Shown piece after piece: positions 13,701 to 26,800 of a stretch of 64,000 nucleotides of DNA. This stretch comes from Antedon mediterranea (taxonomy: Eukaryota; Animalia; Echinodermata): the NCBI RefSeq assembly GCF_964355755.1, contig NC_092675.1, forward strand, positions 21,858,912 through 21,922,911. Direction: 5' to 3'. Position 1 is the first letter of the stretch, and each line of letters starts with the position of its first letter. Under the pieces are notes generated by a model. That model did not search any database. It worked only from the letters and a program-made list of their open reading frames with translations, and had not been told where the DNA came from. Made by a program: the position numbers and the translations under genes.

Positions 13701-15968
13701 GTCAGAAGATACAGCAGGATGTTTAATTTTGCTAGATATGATACCACCGCTTGTGTATCGGCCGGGGTAGAACTTGGAAAAGAGAAATATCAAGAGAATG
13801 CATGCAAAGGGTGCTATAAAAAAAAATAATAAAAAGATAGTGTAGTGTTTCATAGAAATTTGTAAATAATTATATTGAAAATAAATCATGGGATTGGTAA
13901 TTGATATTGTTCAAGAAATATTGTCCCCCTGAATAAAATAACTTTTTATGCTGAATAAAAATGTTGCTATTACTGATTAGTTATGCACACGAATTGCATG
14001 GAAAAAAATCAGTCATCAGCCAATGTTAGACAATGGGTTATTACTTCAATTTAACCATTTATTTATCGTATCATATTTTGTCTTTTTAAGTTTTTTTCTA
14101 TGGAAATGATTACAGTATTGAAATGTTTGATGTTTCATCTTATTTTTCAGGTTTTGTGGGACTATACATCTTTCTTTCTGATTGTTTCACAAACCTTCTA
14201 ATTCATAAAGTTTGACATATAAATGAAATATCTTGAAAAAAAAATTATTATGAAATTTATTTCTGTGCATGACTTCTTGTAAGCTTAGCATTTTTTTTAT
14301 GATAAATTACTGTATTATCTACAGCATTTTATATATTTAATTTAGGATGATGTTTTTGTTGCAAAGTCATCAGACAGTATACCATGTACATTTGAGTATA
14401 ATATTGTTTATAGCCACAGCTATGCTGTTCCAGTACTGTACTTCAATGCATGTAAAGCAGGTAAGATAAAACTTAAAGGTGGTGTTTGTGTAGGCAGAGG
14501 TGGTCCCAATTCCCCGGAAGTTTGCATATTCCTCCAATTTTTAGGCCAGTGCCCCTGTTTTTTAGAGATAGCATAGTGTTGCCAAAATATGGATGGAACG
14601 GAAAAATAGGGCCATTGTATAGCGGTCTTTAATTGGAGGGATACCTGTATTTTATAGAATGTGTATAGTTAGTTTGAGCTATCTAAAAATCAGTGAAAAA
14701 AAACAATATTTTTACTTTAGATGGTCAACTTTTAAGCCTGGATGAGGTATGGGAGATGATCCCTAAACATTATCAAACACGTTTACAACATGAACAGTGG
14801 ACTTTTATAACGCAGCAGGTAAGATTATCGTTATCAAGTTTAAAGTTTGCAAAACAATAAATGATTGACTAAACTCAGTAGGTATGGATATTATATAAAA
14901 GCATCAATGTCCTTGTTCAAACAAGAGCCCTGATAACTCATAAAAATAAAAAATTAAATTAATTTTAGAAACAAATATACAAATAATAGCTTTTATGATA
15001 TTTCAATTTGAACGATTAACACTGTTCTATTTGACAGGTGGAGTCAATTTAAAACAACGAATGAGAATGCTTGTATTCTTTAAAAACTTGAATGATTAAA
15101 GAATGAGTTATCCGGGTACGTCCCCTGAACTTCATAGTTGAAGGTGGGGGGGGGGGGGCTGCACCTGAATCATACAGGTGATTCACCACTTACTTTTTCC
15201 TGGTGCCTAGTTGGAACATGGAAGTTGGAACACCACATTTTGGAAGTTGTTTTTCTTTTTAAAGTTTAAGTCAAATCACGATTATGTGAAAGTTCCCCTT
15301 AATTATAGGGGTGGGTGTGCCCTTAATAGAGTTCTCCCAAAGGGGTTCTCTGTTATCATTTTTGCCATTTTTATTGCCTTGCCTTCAATACACATGGACT
15401 GAAATTATTCTATCTTGCTCTTACTGTACAATGATCGATATAATACATTTAATCAATATTATTTTATTTCCACCAATAGGAGCACCCGATTATAGGACGA
15501 CCATTTTTCACATTGCATCCCTGTCATACAGCTGATCTCATGAAGTCAGTATTTGCACACAACAAACAAACAGGGTAAATGTTTTTGTTGTGAAATATGA
15601 AATTGTATATGTACCAAAATGTGCAAGTGAAAATATTAAAGATAGGTTGGCTCATTACATGGCTTGGGGACAGCCTCAACAAACTTGGAAACCAAGTGTC
15701 GAAGTCTCCAACAAATAGATTTATCCAGTCTGGCTGCCAGTGCATAAATTACTCATGAATATAATAACAATAGTTATAAATAACCTTATTTATATTACAT
15801 TACCATAGTAACAATATATACAGTATCATTGCAACCATTTACTGACCTTTAATATTGATAATTACATTTTGTTAATTCAGATCATATTTAGTAAGCTGGC
15901 TAAGTTCTGTTGGACCGGTTGTTGGCTTGGACCTGCCATTGGCCTTTGCTGCACTGTGTGGAGAGTGA
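10740..15968 (+). CDS. ATG10: ubiquitin-like-conjugating (E2-like) enzyme ATG10
   Basis: Exons 10740-10841, 13459-13587, 14346-14460, 14721-14818, 15480-15574, 15881-15968 join in frame: ...[34 protein letters not shown]...[20 protein letters not shown]...[20 protein letters not shown]. Contains the catalytic HPC motif. Confidence 0.95.
11156..13293. mobile_element. TA-flanked foldback MITE (arms 11156-11495 and 12977-13293) interrupted at its centre
   Basis: TA|CGGTGGCCCACAACTG...CAGTTGTGGGCCACCG|TA. Arms carry tandem CACAATTAAAGAAG subrepeats and are reverse complements of each other. Confidence 0.85.
11498..12974. mobile_element. nested Tc1/mariner-pogo-like foldback element with ATTCGGC(T/C)C subrepeats
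   Basis: TA|CAGTAGTCAGTATGGAACGCCAT...ATGGCGTTCCATACTGACTACTG|TA with inverted arms of about 400 bp. An extra partial copy of the right arm lies at about 12270-12595. Confidence 0.85.
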
Positions 15969-17030
15969 AAGTTTGGCCAGATTACCAATTGGACCCATTA
16001 TTGATCTCAGCCTATAACCTTTGCTATTACTGGTGGAGCATTGCAAAGATTGTATGTTTGGGAAGTTATTCATTCCAACCTAAAATAGGTTCAAGTTTTT
16101 GCTGTGTGGAGAGTTAGAGGTTACCACGGTTTTTTTTAGATCATTTTCAGTGGCAACCTACCACAGTTATTTTCTAACTATTTCAGTATCCTCTATGGTA
16201 TCCTCTATTGTCTATGAGTATAAAATACAATATCATCATTTGTTTGTAGTTACAAATATTCAACTCATTCATTTAGTTTACTTAAAAAATACAATTGATG
16301 CCAATCTTTAATTCTATTTCAGACTGTTTATTACAATCAATATATTTCATAAAGGTGTTTTTTTTCTAAATTAACAAAATATATTTCTAAAAAACTGCTG
16401 CCTAAAACAGCTACATTTCTTTTAAATTTACATTGGATGTGTTTGAATACTTTTTTCCACATTGAGAATAACCAAACAATATTTTATATATTATAATAGT
16501 AATATATATACAGTAATATGTATTGAAAAAACATGACATAAGTGGTGGTATTAACACAAGAGGCCCATAGTTAGAAATTCTAATTTCTAATTGTTTAAAA
16601 AAGCAAACAAATTGCTTGTTATTGTTGCAATGTATTTAAATTTTATAAAAGAGGGCCCCAGAATATCAGTAAACTGGAAGCGTTACTCTCTTTAAAGATA
16701 CTGTAGTTAAAATAAAGAAATAAAAAACTCTGGTTAACCATCAAAGAATTATCTATTCAATGTTCCCCCGCCCCCTTCACTATTGGCATTGTTCAGATGC
16801 ATAGGTAATGTGATACGATAGAAATATTCCCATACTGATGTATTTGATGTACCTGTCAAACCTTATTCAATGGTAATTCTTTCCCATGAAAACCTTAGTT
16901 AATTTTAATTTATTATAAACACATTGGTATCAGCTGCTATAAAACTATATTCTATTTTGTACAAATATAAATTATACATTTGCAAATCTGAAAATTGCTC
17001 TTAATTTTTTTTTTTTTATCGGAATACAAT

Positions 17031-17462
17031 AGGGAGTTTTCGCAACCTTACGAATACGATAGCGGATACATTATACATTTGTGAAACTTTTGAGTTAACC
17101 CTTATTTCATATTCGTAAAGCGTATTCGTGTTGACGAATATCACCAGTCGTATTGGTAACTACAAAACGAGTATAGTTTTTGATCCATTTTGCATTTGAA
17201 TCAGGAATGATTCATGATTATAATTATACTTTTATTGAAAGCAGTTTTTAAAGTCCTCACTCGCTTTGATGTTACGCTAGGCCTAGGCAGCCAAGCAACA
17301 CGTACCTGCGCTTCGCTCAAATTTACCGCAGTCATATTTTGGACGGCGCCCTTAATATTTCGTTCCCATGCGAAACAGATTTTTACTGGCTTACGAAAAA
17401 CGAATACGTGTGCGTGACGTATCCGTTTTCGTTATCTTATTCGTAAGGTTGTGAAACTCCCT
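17031..17462. mobile_element. ISL2EU/Harbinger-like MITE
   Basis: AT|AGGGAGTTTTCGCAACCTTACGAATA...TATTCGTAAGGTTGTGAAACTCCCT|AT. The superfamily call is from recalled terminus type, not a search. Confidence 0.7.
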
Positions 17463-17859
17463 ATTCGACATTCTACTAAAATTGATTTTCTATGGTATTA
17501 CATCAAACACACCGCGACACTCTGTCATGTTCTAAGTATGGCATGCCTGGATTAACCTGAATTAGTATGTGCACCTTGCTATGTTGTGCATATTGAGAAC
17601 AAATTGTAGTGCCATACAGTCCTCCTATTTATATCCACAAAATCACTAACATTTTTAAATGATTACTAACATTTTTGCCTTTACTTGTCAATATTTTATG
17701 ATGGATGTACCACACTGACCTATGAATGAATGGCTCCATATAAATGATTATTATTAATAAGGTGTTCTGAATAAATGTGTCAGAATTTGTGCGGGATTCT
17801 GAATTATTTGAGTAAATATAAAACGTCGGCAATCGTCTTGTATGAGTGTAGATAGTAAT

Positions 17860-20800
17860 CTACACTTCATTGTTGAAGGCATGTCGGCGGTATGTTGGTA
17901 CATTTGTATTACAAACATCAGGTCTTTGTCCAGTATAGCTATTGCAGATCAGATGAAAAAGATCTTTCTCAGCCTCTTGCTCTATTGCTTCAGTGTGAAC
18001 CTAGAAGATAATGAATAAATTAACATCCAGACAACTTAGGTAAAAATGCTTTCATATGTTTCGTTAAAGATGTATTGTCCCCCAAAAACATTAAAAATGA
18101 AGATTAATTAAATCAGACTTGTAATATCTTATTTTGTAGTTTTAATAAAGTTTATCACTTCAGTAGAAAAAAAAAAACAAAAAAAAATAATGTTTTCACT
18201 TATAAAATGACAAAATAAATGGTAAATTCAATCAAAACCCCATTGGCTGGCAGCCAATTTGATCATTTGTTGCTTTAAATTACAGTTTTTTCCGGTAAAT
18301 ACAAATTTTTTGGATCCAATTTTTGGTCAAAAGTGGATAACTACTATGTTACATTAAAATGGAATATTCAACCAAATTTTGTTAAGAATTATTTTTTCAG
18401 GGGGACAATAAATCTTTAAGAAAATGTATCCTAATAATGCAAAATATTCGGTCAATATTATTCAATCAATAAATACAATACTTGCAATTTTTAGATATTA
18501 GGAAAAATCTACGATATTTTGTAAAGAGGAGATCACTTGGTGGATGTAACCTATAACAAGCACGAATGTGCAATACTCGGGGTACAGCGAAAGAAGCTGT
18601 ATACAGACGTATACAGTTAGAAAGTAAAGAAAATAGGTTTCGCCGGGGCTCGAACCGGGACCTTCTGCGTGTTAAGCAGACTTGACAACCACTACACTAC
18701 GAAACCTCTTACATTAAAAATGTGGGTTACAGAAAGTTTTTTAATCCATTTAAATTACAAATAAATGGTAATAAGCACAAAGCAAAATAAACATGTGTAA
18801 AAGTGATAATTACCGATTACACAAAATAAGTATTTTAAAAAATAATAAAAATAAGATATACTCTGTATAATTATCATATTGCGTATACAGTACTTTTCAC
18901 CATAAATTAAAAAAAAAAAGGTTTCGTCCGGGCTCGAACCAGGTACCTTCTGCGTGTTAAGCAAACGTGATAACCACTACGCCAAGAATCCGCATATAAC
19001 CATATAACTACATAACGCTGTGGTGTGTGTCACACATTGTGGCTTCTTAATTAAACAAATTAATTAACAAAAAATTAAAAATCCGGCTCTATAGCTTTGA
19101 GGACATGTCCCTGTAGTATGTTCATGCCAAATCCCAGCTCAATACTATAACGAATAAGGGAGGAGTAGTACTTTAAAAATCGCACTTTTTACTCAATAGT
19201 GTCCAGATGGAGGAAGAGAAGGAGAAAATGAGTAAGTACTAGACTCGGGTACCCCGAGTAAAAATGCTTCTCCCTAAGTAATGGAATACAGGTGCCAATA
19301 GTGCAGTGAGGGAATAGTACACTGCTGTTATTGCTACTCATTGGTGTTTTTTTTAAAGAGATTTAACCACCAGAAGCATAGAGTTGGCCATGAACCACGG
19401 TAGTGAAGCGGTTATAGATTATGAAACCTTTGTCTTAAATGCTAAGGCATTGACCCAAGTTTGCACTTTTTAATATAAACTTACCCCTCCAATTGTAACC
19501 CAAGGTACGTATGTATGAGCAGGCTGAAGAGCATCTGTCTTTAGAGCCATCTGATGTTCCAGCTGGTTGCCTTGACTACTATTGGCACATTTGGACACCG
19601 CATCAAATTCTAACCCATATTTTGTAAGGCACTTTATATTAAAAAAAAGCAGGAATTGAGTATACAAAATGCAGCATTGCCAAACACAGAAAAGGTTGGA
19701 CCATCTTGCATAAGGAAAGAAAGATGATCTCATGCATAATTATTAGTATAGTCAAGAAAAAATGGCGATACAATTTCATAATTTGTGACCCTATAGTTTT
19801 TTAAAGAATATTCAGAATAAAACAGATTACACATTATGCAGTTACTTAAAATCTATTCTTAATTTCAGAAATATAAGTCTGAAATTGTACAACAAAAATG
19901 TTTTTGTCAATTCATTAATTTAAGGAGTTGAGAATATAGGAACAAGTGAGCCAAAAACTGAGATGATTGTGCAGACAAATAGCAAGAGAGACCTGCCTTA
20001 AGTCGACTACTATTGACCATGATACAGTAATTCAAAGCTCAAATTCATGGCTTCTGTCCCAATACTATCTTTCTTATTTCAATCAGGTCTTACCTGTTTG
20101 GCTGCATTAGCTGGGTCATCTGCTGCTTCCATGCAGAAAATTACAGGAACTGCTTGTTTGAATGGAATCAATGATAGTATACATGTCTCCATCACATTAC
20201 CAGCACACTCCCGCTCACCATGTTGACATGTAAACTCCCACTGATTGCCAACTTGCTTTTCCTAGTAAGCAAAATGGAAAGTTAGAGTTAAAGATTAATA
20301 GGACCCAATGAAGGTGTAGCAGATGATCAGCAGTAATTGTACAAAAATATGGCAAAAGATACCAAATTAGCCTTAGTTGAGAATAGAATTCCAAAAACTA
20401 TACCACGCAAAACTTTGGTAATCAGAGCAGAGCAGTTTTAGAAGGTGCACTCTACATGGATTTCAGTTAAATTGACAAAACCGGTTTCAACTTAATATTT
20501 ATTGTCACCTTGGCATGCCAACCTTATGTTTTTCAAATTTAAAGGTAAAAATGAATCGAAAGCCTTAGTTCTAAGCTAGGCCTAGATGTCATTGAAAATG
20601 CAGAGTTGACCAAAAAGGCTGCCTCCCCTGGTAAATTTTTATTATACTCACATGTGCATTGCCATATGGAATAAGGGTTAAATTTAAAATTCCTGTTGAA
20701 GCTAACTTTCCCCAAGTTGGTTCAAGTTGTTCTGCTATAAATCTTTTACAATCTGGGCAGAGTGATTCCAAGTACAATTCTACATTGACTGGTGGTGAAT

Positions 20801-22671
20801 CAAGCTGTGCCTCTAGCCACGGTTCACACTGATACTCAACCTAACAAGATAAATTAAAACATGTCTTGTATTCTCATTCTGATTTTCTTTGAAATACCAA
20901 AATAAGCAGTTCATCGAATAAGCACAATGGGTAAAAAAATGATTGAAATTTCTGGGGACTCTCGTTTGTTCCTCACTAGTACATTAGGGTGTCACGAAAC
21001 CTAAGACCACGAAAGCTAAGACCCCCTAAGACCTAAGATCACGAAAGCTAAGACCCAAGACCTAAGATTACAAATATTTATCTTTCGCACCTGCCTTGTA
21101 TTTTAACTCCCAACATTTATTCTGAATACCACACCTTAGAATTGGCACTTTCATGAAAAAGAATCACATAAAAAGTAACAAATACATTTTTAAATTGATG
21201 ATTTTACAGACGTTTTTCTCGCACACAAAATGATCACTAGCCTACAGTACAGTAGGCCTACCCCATGTTCAATGTTTTTGTTTCTATGGAACGTCAAAAG
21301 AGCAATAATTATATAGAGGGCTGAAAACTCTGTGGAGTCCTTCTACAGTGTGGATGGAACAATGTAAAATTAAAATTGTAATGATAATAGTATAATCATG
21401 CAAATACGAAGAAATAAATACTGGCTAATAAATTTTAATTTAAAAATCATGATAAGATTTTTTGTTTCTTTTTCTTATTATTGTTGCTCCTTTGGCGCTC
21501 CATAGAAACAAAACTTTGAGCATGGGGAGCTCGAGGAGTTACAGTATACAAAGAAACACGTCTGTTAAATCATCAATTTAAAGAATTTATTTATTTGTTT
21601 TTATGTGTTTCTCCTTCTGAAAGTACTTATAAGTCCTAATTTTAAAGTGTGGTATTTAGGATAAAGTTAGTCAACAAATTTGGAGTCAATTCAAAATACA
21701 AGAAAGGCAGGTGCGTAAGAAAAACATCCTCTGAACCAACACAATGGAGTAAATATATACCAACAAACAACCCGTCAAGTTTGTTTGTTGTAAAGAAAAA
21801 ATATACATTTACTCAACGGGCGAAAATAATGTGAGTTTAATCTATGTTTTGCGGTAGTATTAAATTATATTTATGGTAATAAATGAAACCTACTGTGTTT
21901 AAAATTATGTATGGATAAACAAGTATTGTTTTTAAGCTGTAGTATATCTTAGAATTTGTAATCTTAGGTCTTGGGTCTTAGCTTTCGTGATCTTAGGTCT
22001 TAGGGGGTCTTAGCTTTCGTGGTCTTAGGTTTCGTGACACCCTAGTACATTATGCCTCTGGTATCATGTTTGAATCCAAATGACTTTGGTTAGGAAGGTA
22101 TTGTATACGTGCAAGACTGGGCTGATAGAAGAGAACATTGAAAGAAAATATAGTCAATTCATGAATCATGGTACGAATTAATAACACAGTACTCTCTGGC
22201 GTATGTATGGGCCGGCCTACTACTTACAATATTATATTAAATTATTATAATAATTTAAATTACATATTCACCATCTATCTAGTCTAGCCTATAGACTATA
22301 ATAGTATACACTTCTAACATATAACTAACAGATATATAGTAGTAGGCCTATTAGCCAGGCCTACTACTTCTCATCATTTACATATGCATCAAGAATGGTC
22401 ATACCATAAATGATGGAGAAATGGGCAGTTTATACTGTGGTATTAGTGCCAGGTGGTAAGTACAGTTAATAATAGTAGAGTACTATCTATAAGATATTAA
22501 ATAAAATAGCTACTGTACTATTAACTATCTAAGCCTACCTACCTTACAAGCTCTTGCCGTATCTCTTGAAGAACACCACAAACTTGGATGTAATGAACAA
22601 CGATTAGCTAGGCATAATATTAGGTTTATATTTAACAAAATAAACAAATATAATACTGAACTTCCTTCCAT
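17860..22671 (-). CDS. IFI30: gamma-interferon-inducible lysosomal thiol reductase (GILT)
   Basis: Exons 22671-22543, 20840-20652, 20261-20094, 19631-19485, 18000-17860, all phase 0. Signal peptide, active site YLESLCPDC, PYGNA, signature CQHGERECAGN and YVPWV. Confidence 0.95.
18068..18415. mobile_element. Kolobok-like MITE
   Basis: TTAA|AGATGTATTGTCCCC...GGGGACAATAAATCT|TTAA. Single-end fragments of the same family at about 6900 and 13915. Confidence 0.75.
18635..18706 (-). tRNA. tRNA-Val(AAC), probably a pseudogene
   Basis: GGTTTCG acceptor pairs with CGAAACC, anticodon arm TCTGC-TTAACAC-GCAGA, B box GTTCGAGC. There is a D-stem mismatch and an apparent 1-nt loss in the T-stem. Confidence 0.7.
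18919..18991 (-). pseudogene. tRNA-Val(AAC) pseudogene
   Basis: Same family as 18635-18706, with two acceptor-stem mismatches (GGATTCT/CGAAACC). Followed directly by an oligo-T Pol III terminator. Confidence 0.7.
19005..19265. mobile_element. possible non-autonomous Helitron/Helentron-like element
   Basis: Ends in the palindrome ACTCGGGTACCCCGAGT followed by an A-run; no TSD seen. Pattern recognition only. Confidence 0.35.
20987..22042. mobile_element. Mutator(MULE)-like foldback MITE in GILT intron 1
   Basis: Near-perfect TIRs of about 90 bp (GGGTGTCACGAAACCTAAGACC..., with TAAGACC subrepeats), exact 10-bp TSD TAGTACATTA (20977-20986, 22043-22052), and further internal inverted arms at about 21080-21290 and 21495-21720. 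Confidence 0.85.
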
Positions 22672-22860
22672 TTTGCAAAAGATTTTTCACAAATTCTAGA
22701 CCAAGCAAAACCCGTGCGTTTTATTTGTTTCAAACGAAGAGCGACAATCAGGTGATGTTTCTCTCGTGACCGGTGTTGTTTCACGTGACTATTTAAAGAC
22801 CAACCTCTTTTATCACGCTTGAGTACACAGCAAGTTGCATGGTGGGCACAACTTTTTGTA
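22672..22860. promoter_or_regulatory. 189-bp bidirectional promoter GILT/MMACHC with CLEAR-like E-box
   Basis: Start codons at 22671(-) and 22861(+). TCACGTGAC at 22781-22789; related TCAGGTGA and CTCGTGAC just upstream. Confidence 0.7.
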
Positions 22861-25500
22861 ATGGAATCTTCTTGTAATGACGAAATTCATGATTTTCGTA
22901 CAAAGATATCAACTATTTTAGAACCATTAGGGTTTGAAATATACATTTTTAAGGTATTGGATACTTATAATTATCTAAATATAAGAACAAGCGCTTAATT
23001 TTGTGATAAAAGCAGTAGTAACCTAATTAATTGTAGGCCCAGCTAGCATGCGGCATGCGATTGCGAGCATGTGGATGGGCCACCATCCAATCACGTCGAC
23101 GACGATGGTTGGGTTGTGTATGGCGTATTAACACATCCAAACTATAGAGGGTGCTATCTATACCATTTAAAAAAATACATCAAACCATAGAGAGCGCCAT
23201 TAATAAGTACTGTAGTAAAAGCAAAGATTTTATATAGCCGAACTAGATAGCAAACTCAAAAAGTGATTCTTCATGGAGAGGGAACCAACGAGATGAAAAC
23301 TGCAATCGACCAATCCGATATGCCCTACGCAGTGTGCACTAGCATTATAATAAGCCTTGTTGAGCCTTATCTGCATGAAAAGCATTCTTCACATCTCCCA
23401 TTGATATAAGCACGCACGTTGAGCGTATGAACGCGAACGCATTCTATATGATCCTCGTATACAAAAATTGCTAGAAATTACCAAGAAATTATTCCATTTA
23501 ATTTTATAAAAACTTCACTGTGCAAGAATAATGTGTTGTAATATGTCGTCTTAATGTATTATATTAGATTATTATTTTTTATATTAAATAATGTTTTTGA
23601 ACACATTTACGGCTGCCATCAAGTTGTTGGTTCCCCCTCCTGGAATCACTTTTCAGTCTGGAGTATGCCCTCTAGCCTTCGGCTTATTACACCTAGAAAC
23701 AAAATATCGGGAGACTTTCGCCATTATCGGGGGATTTGGGAGGTCTGGTACGTACGTGCACGTTCATGGAGAGTGATGGATTTTTCCAGGAGTTGGCTTA
23801 AAACTTATATTAAGACTAGTGTACATCATGCCAAGAACACCACATATTAAGAGGCCCAAAAAATTGTCCCCTTATTATAGGGGTACCCATATTCAGATAC
23901 CCATATTTAGGTTTTTTAATCAAAAAACCAATGTGCCCCCTTTATATGGCTTTTTGTAGAAGAAAAACAATATGAGAAAACCTCCAATAATTGATCTGGA
24001 TTCAAGATATTTAGCAGCCAATGTTTGACCAATGAAAACTGTCAAGTTATAAAAATATCATAATTATTATGATATTCATTTTTGTAGTAATATTAACAAT
24101 ATTTATTTATAATTATTTTCTCTTGTTGTTTTTGTAATAAAAAAATATTGTCTCCTAGGGATATATATAATTTCCCCCTTGTTTCGCCTGATAATGTCCC
24201 CTTAATACTATACCACTACACCACGCTTGGATATCTGTCTTTTTCTGTACCAAACATTCAGTTTTTGTATACTGACAAAAAAAACCTCTTTTTTATACTA
24301 AAGATTGGTTGGTACAATGATGTAGTTGGTGAAATCTTTCATCTTCCCTATCATGAAGACACTGTTGCCTTTAGTGTAATAAGTATACCTAGTTTTTATG
24401 AGAGTGCTTTTAAGCCATGGATCAGTACAGCTAAAAATGGACACATTCTTGTCAGGGATCCCATTGATGAATGTGTTGGCTTCTGTTTTCAAAAGGTTAA
24501 ACAGGTAAATCATTTTTACTAGACAGTTCAAATAACATTACTGAACAATGAATTGCATTTAAGGTATTGAATTTTTGGCCAAGAATAAATTGAAAAATGT
24601 CTGGGCAAACTGCAGAAAACTAGTTACAGTAGGCTATGCACCTTCTTGACAAATTTGCTGAAATTTGTGAAACTCAGCCAATCAAATTACAGTCTTATTG
24701 TAGTCATGTGATTATGTTGCTGGACAAATGATCATTTTAAAGAACTTCTCCAAACAAACCGTTGGTAAAATTTGCTATTATTGTAGACTAAGCTTTACAA
24801 TAGCAAGTTTGGCCAGTAGGTCATAAAATCGTACATTTTCTTAACCAACAGAATTTGCATGGAGTGTCCATAGATTTGATACAGGACTATGAGCTGCACC
24901 CAGGTTCACGACGACCCAAATTACTTGTCCAGACTGCTGGCCATGTGTCAGGAGCAGCTTACTATTATCAAAGGTCAGATGTCAACAATGACCCATGGCC
25001 ACAAAAGAAGGTAAATACATTTTTGTTTTATAGTATTAAATTTCACAAAATCCTCAAATTGTTTACAACAGGCTGAACATGCAATAGAACCCATTTAATA
25101 GGACCATTTAATAGAACTTTTAACATGCGGTAAACTAATACTAAATGGCATGTGATTTAAAAATCAGTTAAATTTTCCTCAGAAAGTGTTTGGTGCAAGT
25201 CTTCATCCTCAGTATGGTGGTTGGTTTGCATTTCGTGGTGCCATCATTTTAAAAGACATCAAAGCTAACGGTCTTCAACAAGTATTACCACCAGATTCAC
25301 TTCCATCAGATGAACAAAAAATTGACTTTCTAAATAAATTTAACAACAATTGGAAGGACAATATGTTTAGAGATGTAATAAAAGCAAAAGATAAGTACTC
25401 CAACGAACAACAGAAATATTTTGAAACATTGCCTAAACATAGAGCTACTCTTTTGGGATTAAAACAGAAATTAGATGGAGAACCAGATCGACATCATTAA
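22861..25500 (+). CDS. MMACHC: cobalamin-processing enzyme CblC (cyanocobalamin reductase/alkylcobalamin dealkylase)
   Basis: Exons 22861-22953, 24304-24504, 24852-25010, 25183-25500: LEPLGFEIYIFKIGWYN...RDPIDECV...DYELHPGSRRPKLLVQTAGHVSGAAYYYQ...GASLHPQYGGWFAFRG...YSNEQQKYFETLP. Confidence 0.95.
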
Positions 25501-25539
25501 AATAAGAGGCAATATTGAATGCATCTATGATCATCCAAT

Positions 25540-25793
25540 GATAACCTAAGATTAAACGTGCCTAGATCACACCTAATAACGTACGGTGATCGTCTGCGCT
25601 CCATCTATATGGAACACTTTACCGATTAACATCAGGAAATCAAAATCTACAGAACTGTTTAAAAGGCATCTGAAATCATATTTATTCCAACAAATTTACA
25701 AGTGCTAGCGGTTCTGGCGTTGCGCCTTAGAACTTATCTTTTTGGAAAAAATTTGGCGCATTATAAATACGAATTGATTGATTGATTGATTGA
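25540..25793 (+). mobile_element. L2 LINE 3' remnant just after the MMACHC stop
   Basis: Frameshifted LNVPRSHLITYGDR / APSIWNTLPINIRKSKSTELFKRHLKSYLF, then GCGCCTTAGAA...GGCGCATTATAAAT and a (TTGA)n tail. Confidence 0.8.
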
Positions 25794-25949
25794 TGAAACC
25801 AGGAAGTTGTAAAATATATTTTACAACTCCCTGATGAAACAGCCTAACATTTTAGTGTCCAACTAGAATCCAACCTAACAATATCAGTCAGTATTTCTTT
25901 ATTTGGAGTCATTTCATAAGATTACACCTTATTAATAGTAATTTTTAAT

Positions 25950-26150
25950 TCTTAAATTTTATATAGTGCATATAAGCAAGCTCTCGATGTGCTGTACATA
26001 AATTAAAATAGATGATGGCACTAATTTAAATTAAAGCCTGATTGAAATTGAATAAATCTACAGGGTTGGAGCTGCCATAGCAAAAGCTCTTCCACCATAT
26101 GGTGTCCAATTAAACTGTCTATGCTCTATTGATCTGCAGTGGATATATGT
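25950..26150 (-). mobile_element. second L2 LINE 3' remnant
   Basis: Minus strand reads TPYGGRAFAMAAPTL*, then the TGTACAGCACATCGAGAGCTTGC...GCACTATATAA 3' end. Confidence 0.6.
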
Positions 26151-26499
26151 TGCCAACTGAAGTATGATGGGATTTAGAAATTCTTCACTATCCAAAATAT
26201 TGAGATCATGGAATCGTTTCTTTTGCTCTTTACGTCAGTGTTTAGAATCTCCAGATATCTCTTTTAGATTCTCATGGAGGGTTTGCCACGTTTGACAGCA
26301 ATGTTATGTAAGGTACACCTGCATACTTGCCAATAAGTGTACATTAAAAATATTTTAGAAAACACTGCCAATAGCTTTACTCTTTTAAACTTATTGTAAA
26401 AAAAAGAACTTTTTCTGTATATTATTTATGGTGCAATAAAATATTTATATATTAAGTTAAGTTTTTTTACAAGTTAATATATGTTTTACTGTATCTTTC

Positions 26500-26800
26500 A
26501 ATTAATCGGGTGCTGTATATGGAGCTGGGGTCCTGTTAGGCATTTGAAATCAGCTGCACTGCTGACTCTTATGGCAGCCCCTGCATCTAGTATCTGCCTC
26601 AGACGTATTGACTCATGCCTTTCCTCTGGTCAAGGTGGACACTGCACGAGAGAAGCCCTTGATCAATGTTAGGACCATTGCTATTCCTGATACATGGAGC
26701 TGAAGTTGACATAATTATATTGAATGACACTAGATTTTGTAGGTTGAAGTGCCATCACAGATTACTTGCAAGTGTCTTAGTAGGGCAAACCATCAAAGAG
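26500..26800 (+). mobile_element. decayed CR1/L2-type reverse transcriptase fragment
   Basis: SMLGPLLFLI resembles the RT motif GVPQGSVLGPLLFLI; surrounding frames are broken. Confidence 0.4.
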
